Positions 63,837-64,000 of a stretch of 64,000 nt of DNA are shown piece by piece; within the stretch, counting starts at the first letter, position 1; every line of letters starts with the position of its first letter. Under the pieces are notes generated by a model. It made no database searches, had not been told where the DNA came from, and was given only the letters and a program-made list of their open reading frames with translations. The position numbers and the translations under genes were made by a program. Origin of the DNA: Macrostomum lignano (lineage: Eukaryota). The DNA is taken from positions 62,001-126,000 of the forward strand of contig NIVC01001597.1 in NCBI GenBank assembly GCA_002269645.1, read 5' to 3'.

Positions 63837-64000
63837 ATTCTACTTTAGTTCTATCTTGTATTCTATTATTGTTCTATCTTGTATTCTACTCTTGTTCTAT
63901 CTCGTATTCTACTCTTCTTCTTCTTCCAAGTTTTCTGTGATTGGTAGGTCCCAATAACCATCCCTTCAGAGCACCGGTTCTCTTATATTCAACTCAAGTT

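Noticed and set aside
63261-63957. Mucin-like TPATDISD ORFs
   Set aside because: They are a 24-bp array translation with frame-breaking indels and no flanking unique coding sequence in the window.

Overview
Eukaryotic (animal) genomic DNA with spliceosomal introns, rich in transposons and minisatellites. The sequence style suggests an invertebrate, possibly a flatworm such as Macrostomum; this is inference only. Host genes supported by motifs and in-phase GT-AG junctions: GOPC (4 exons, +), a heat-shock factor (2 exons, +), a GT32 DXD glycosyltransferase (2 exons, -) and ARF1 (2 exons, -), plus one weaker 3-exon orphan model. Nearly every intron or flank carries its own 19-57 bp minisatellite, which explains most long repetitive ORFs in the track. 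The ARF1 intron holds a complete 8459-bp EnSpm/CACTA-type transposon (CCC..GGG TIRs, CA target duplication, TCCGGA subterminal arrays). It encodes a spliced 930-aa transposase and a spliced BEN-domain-like accessory protein. Other mobile DNA includes a 1310-bp non-coding element with 141-bp TIRs and a 6-bp TSD, P-like MITEs (172 bp x2 and a 49-bp miniature), a Mutator-like MITE, hAT-like MITEs, a 577-bp foldback filling an intron, two inverted tRNA-SINEs, RTE-like LINE relics, an LTR+gag fragment, and Crypton and PHD-FLYWCH-MULE relics. All coordinates and counts were made by eye; array edges are approximate.
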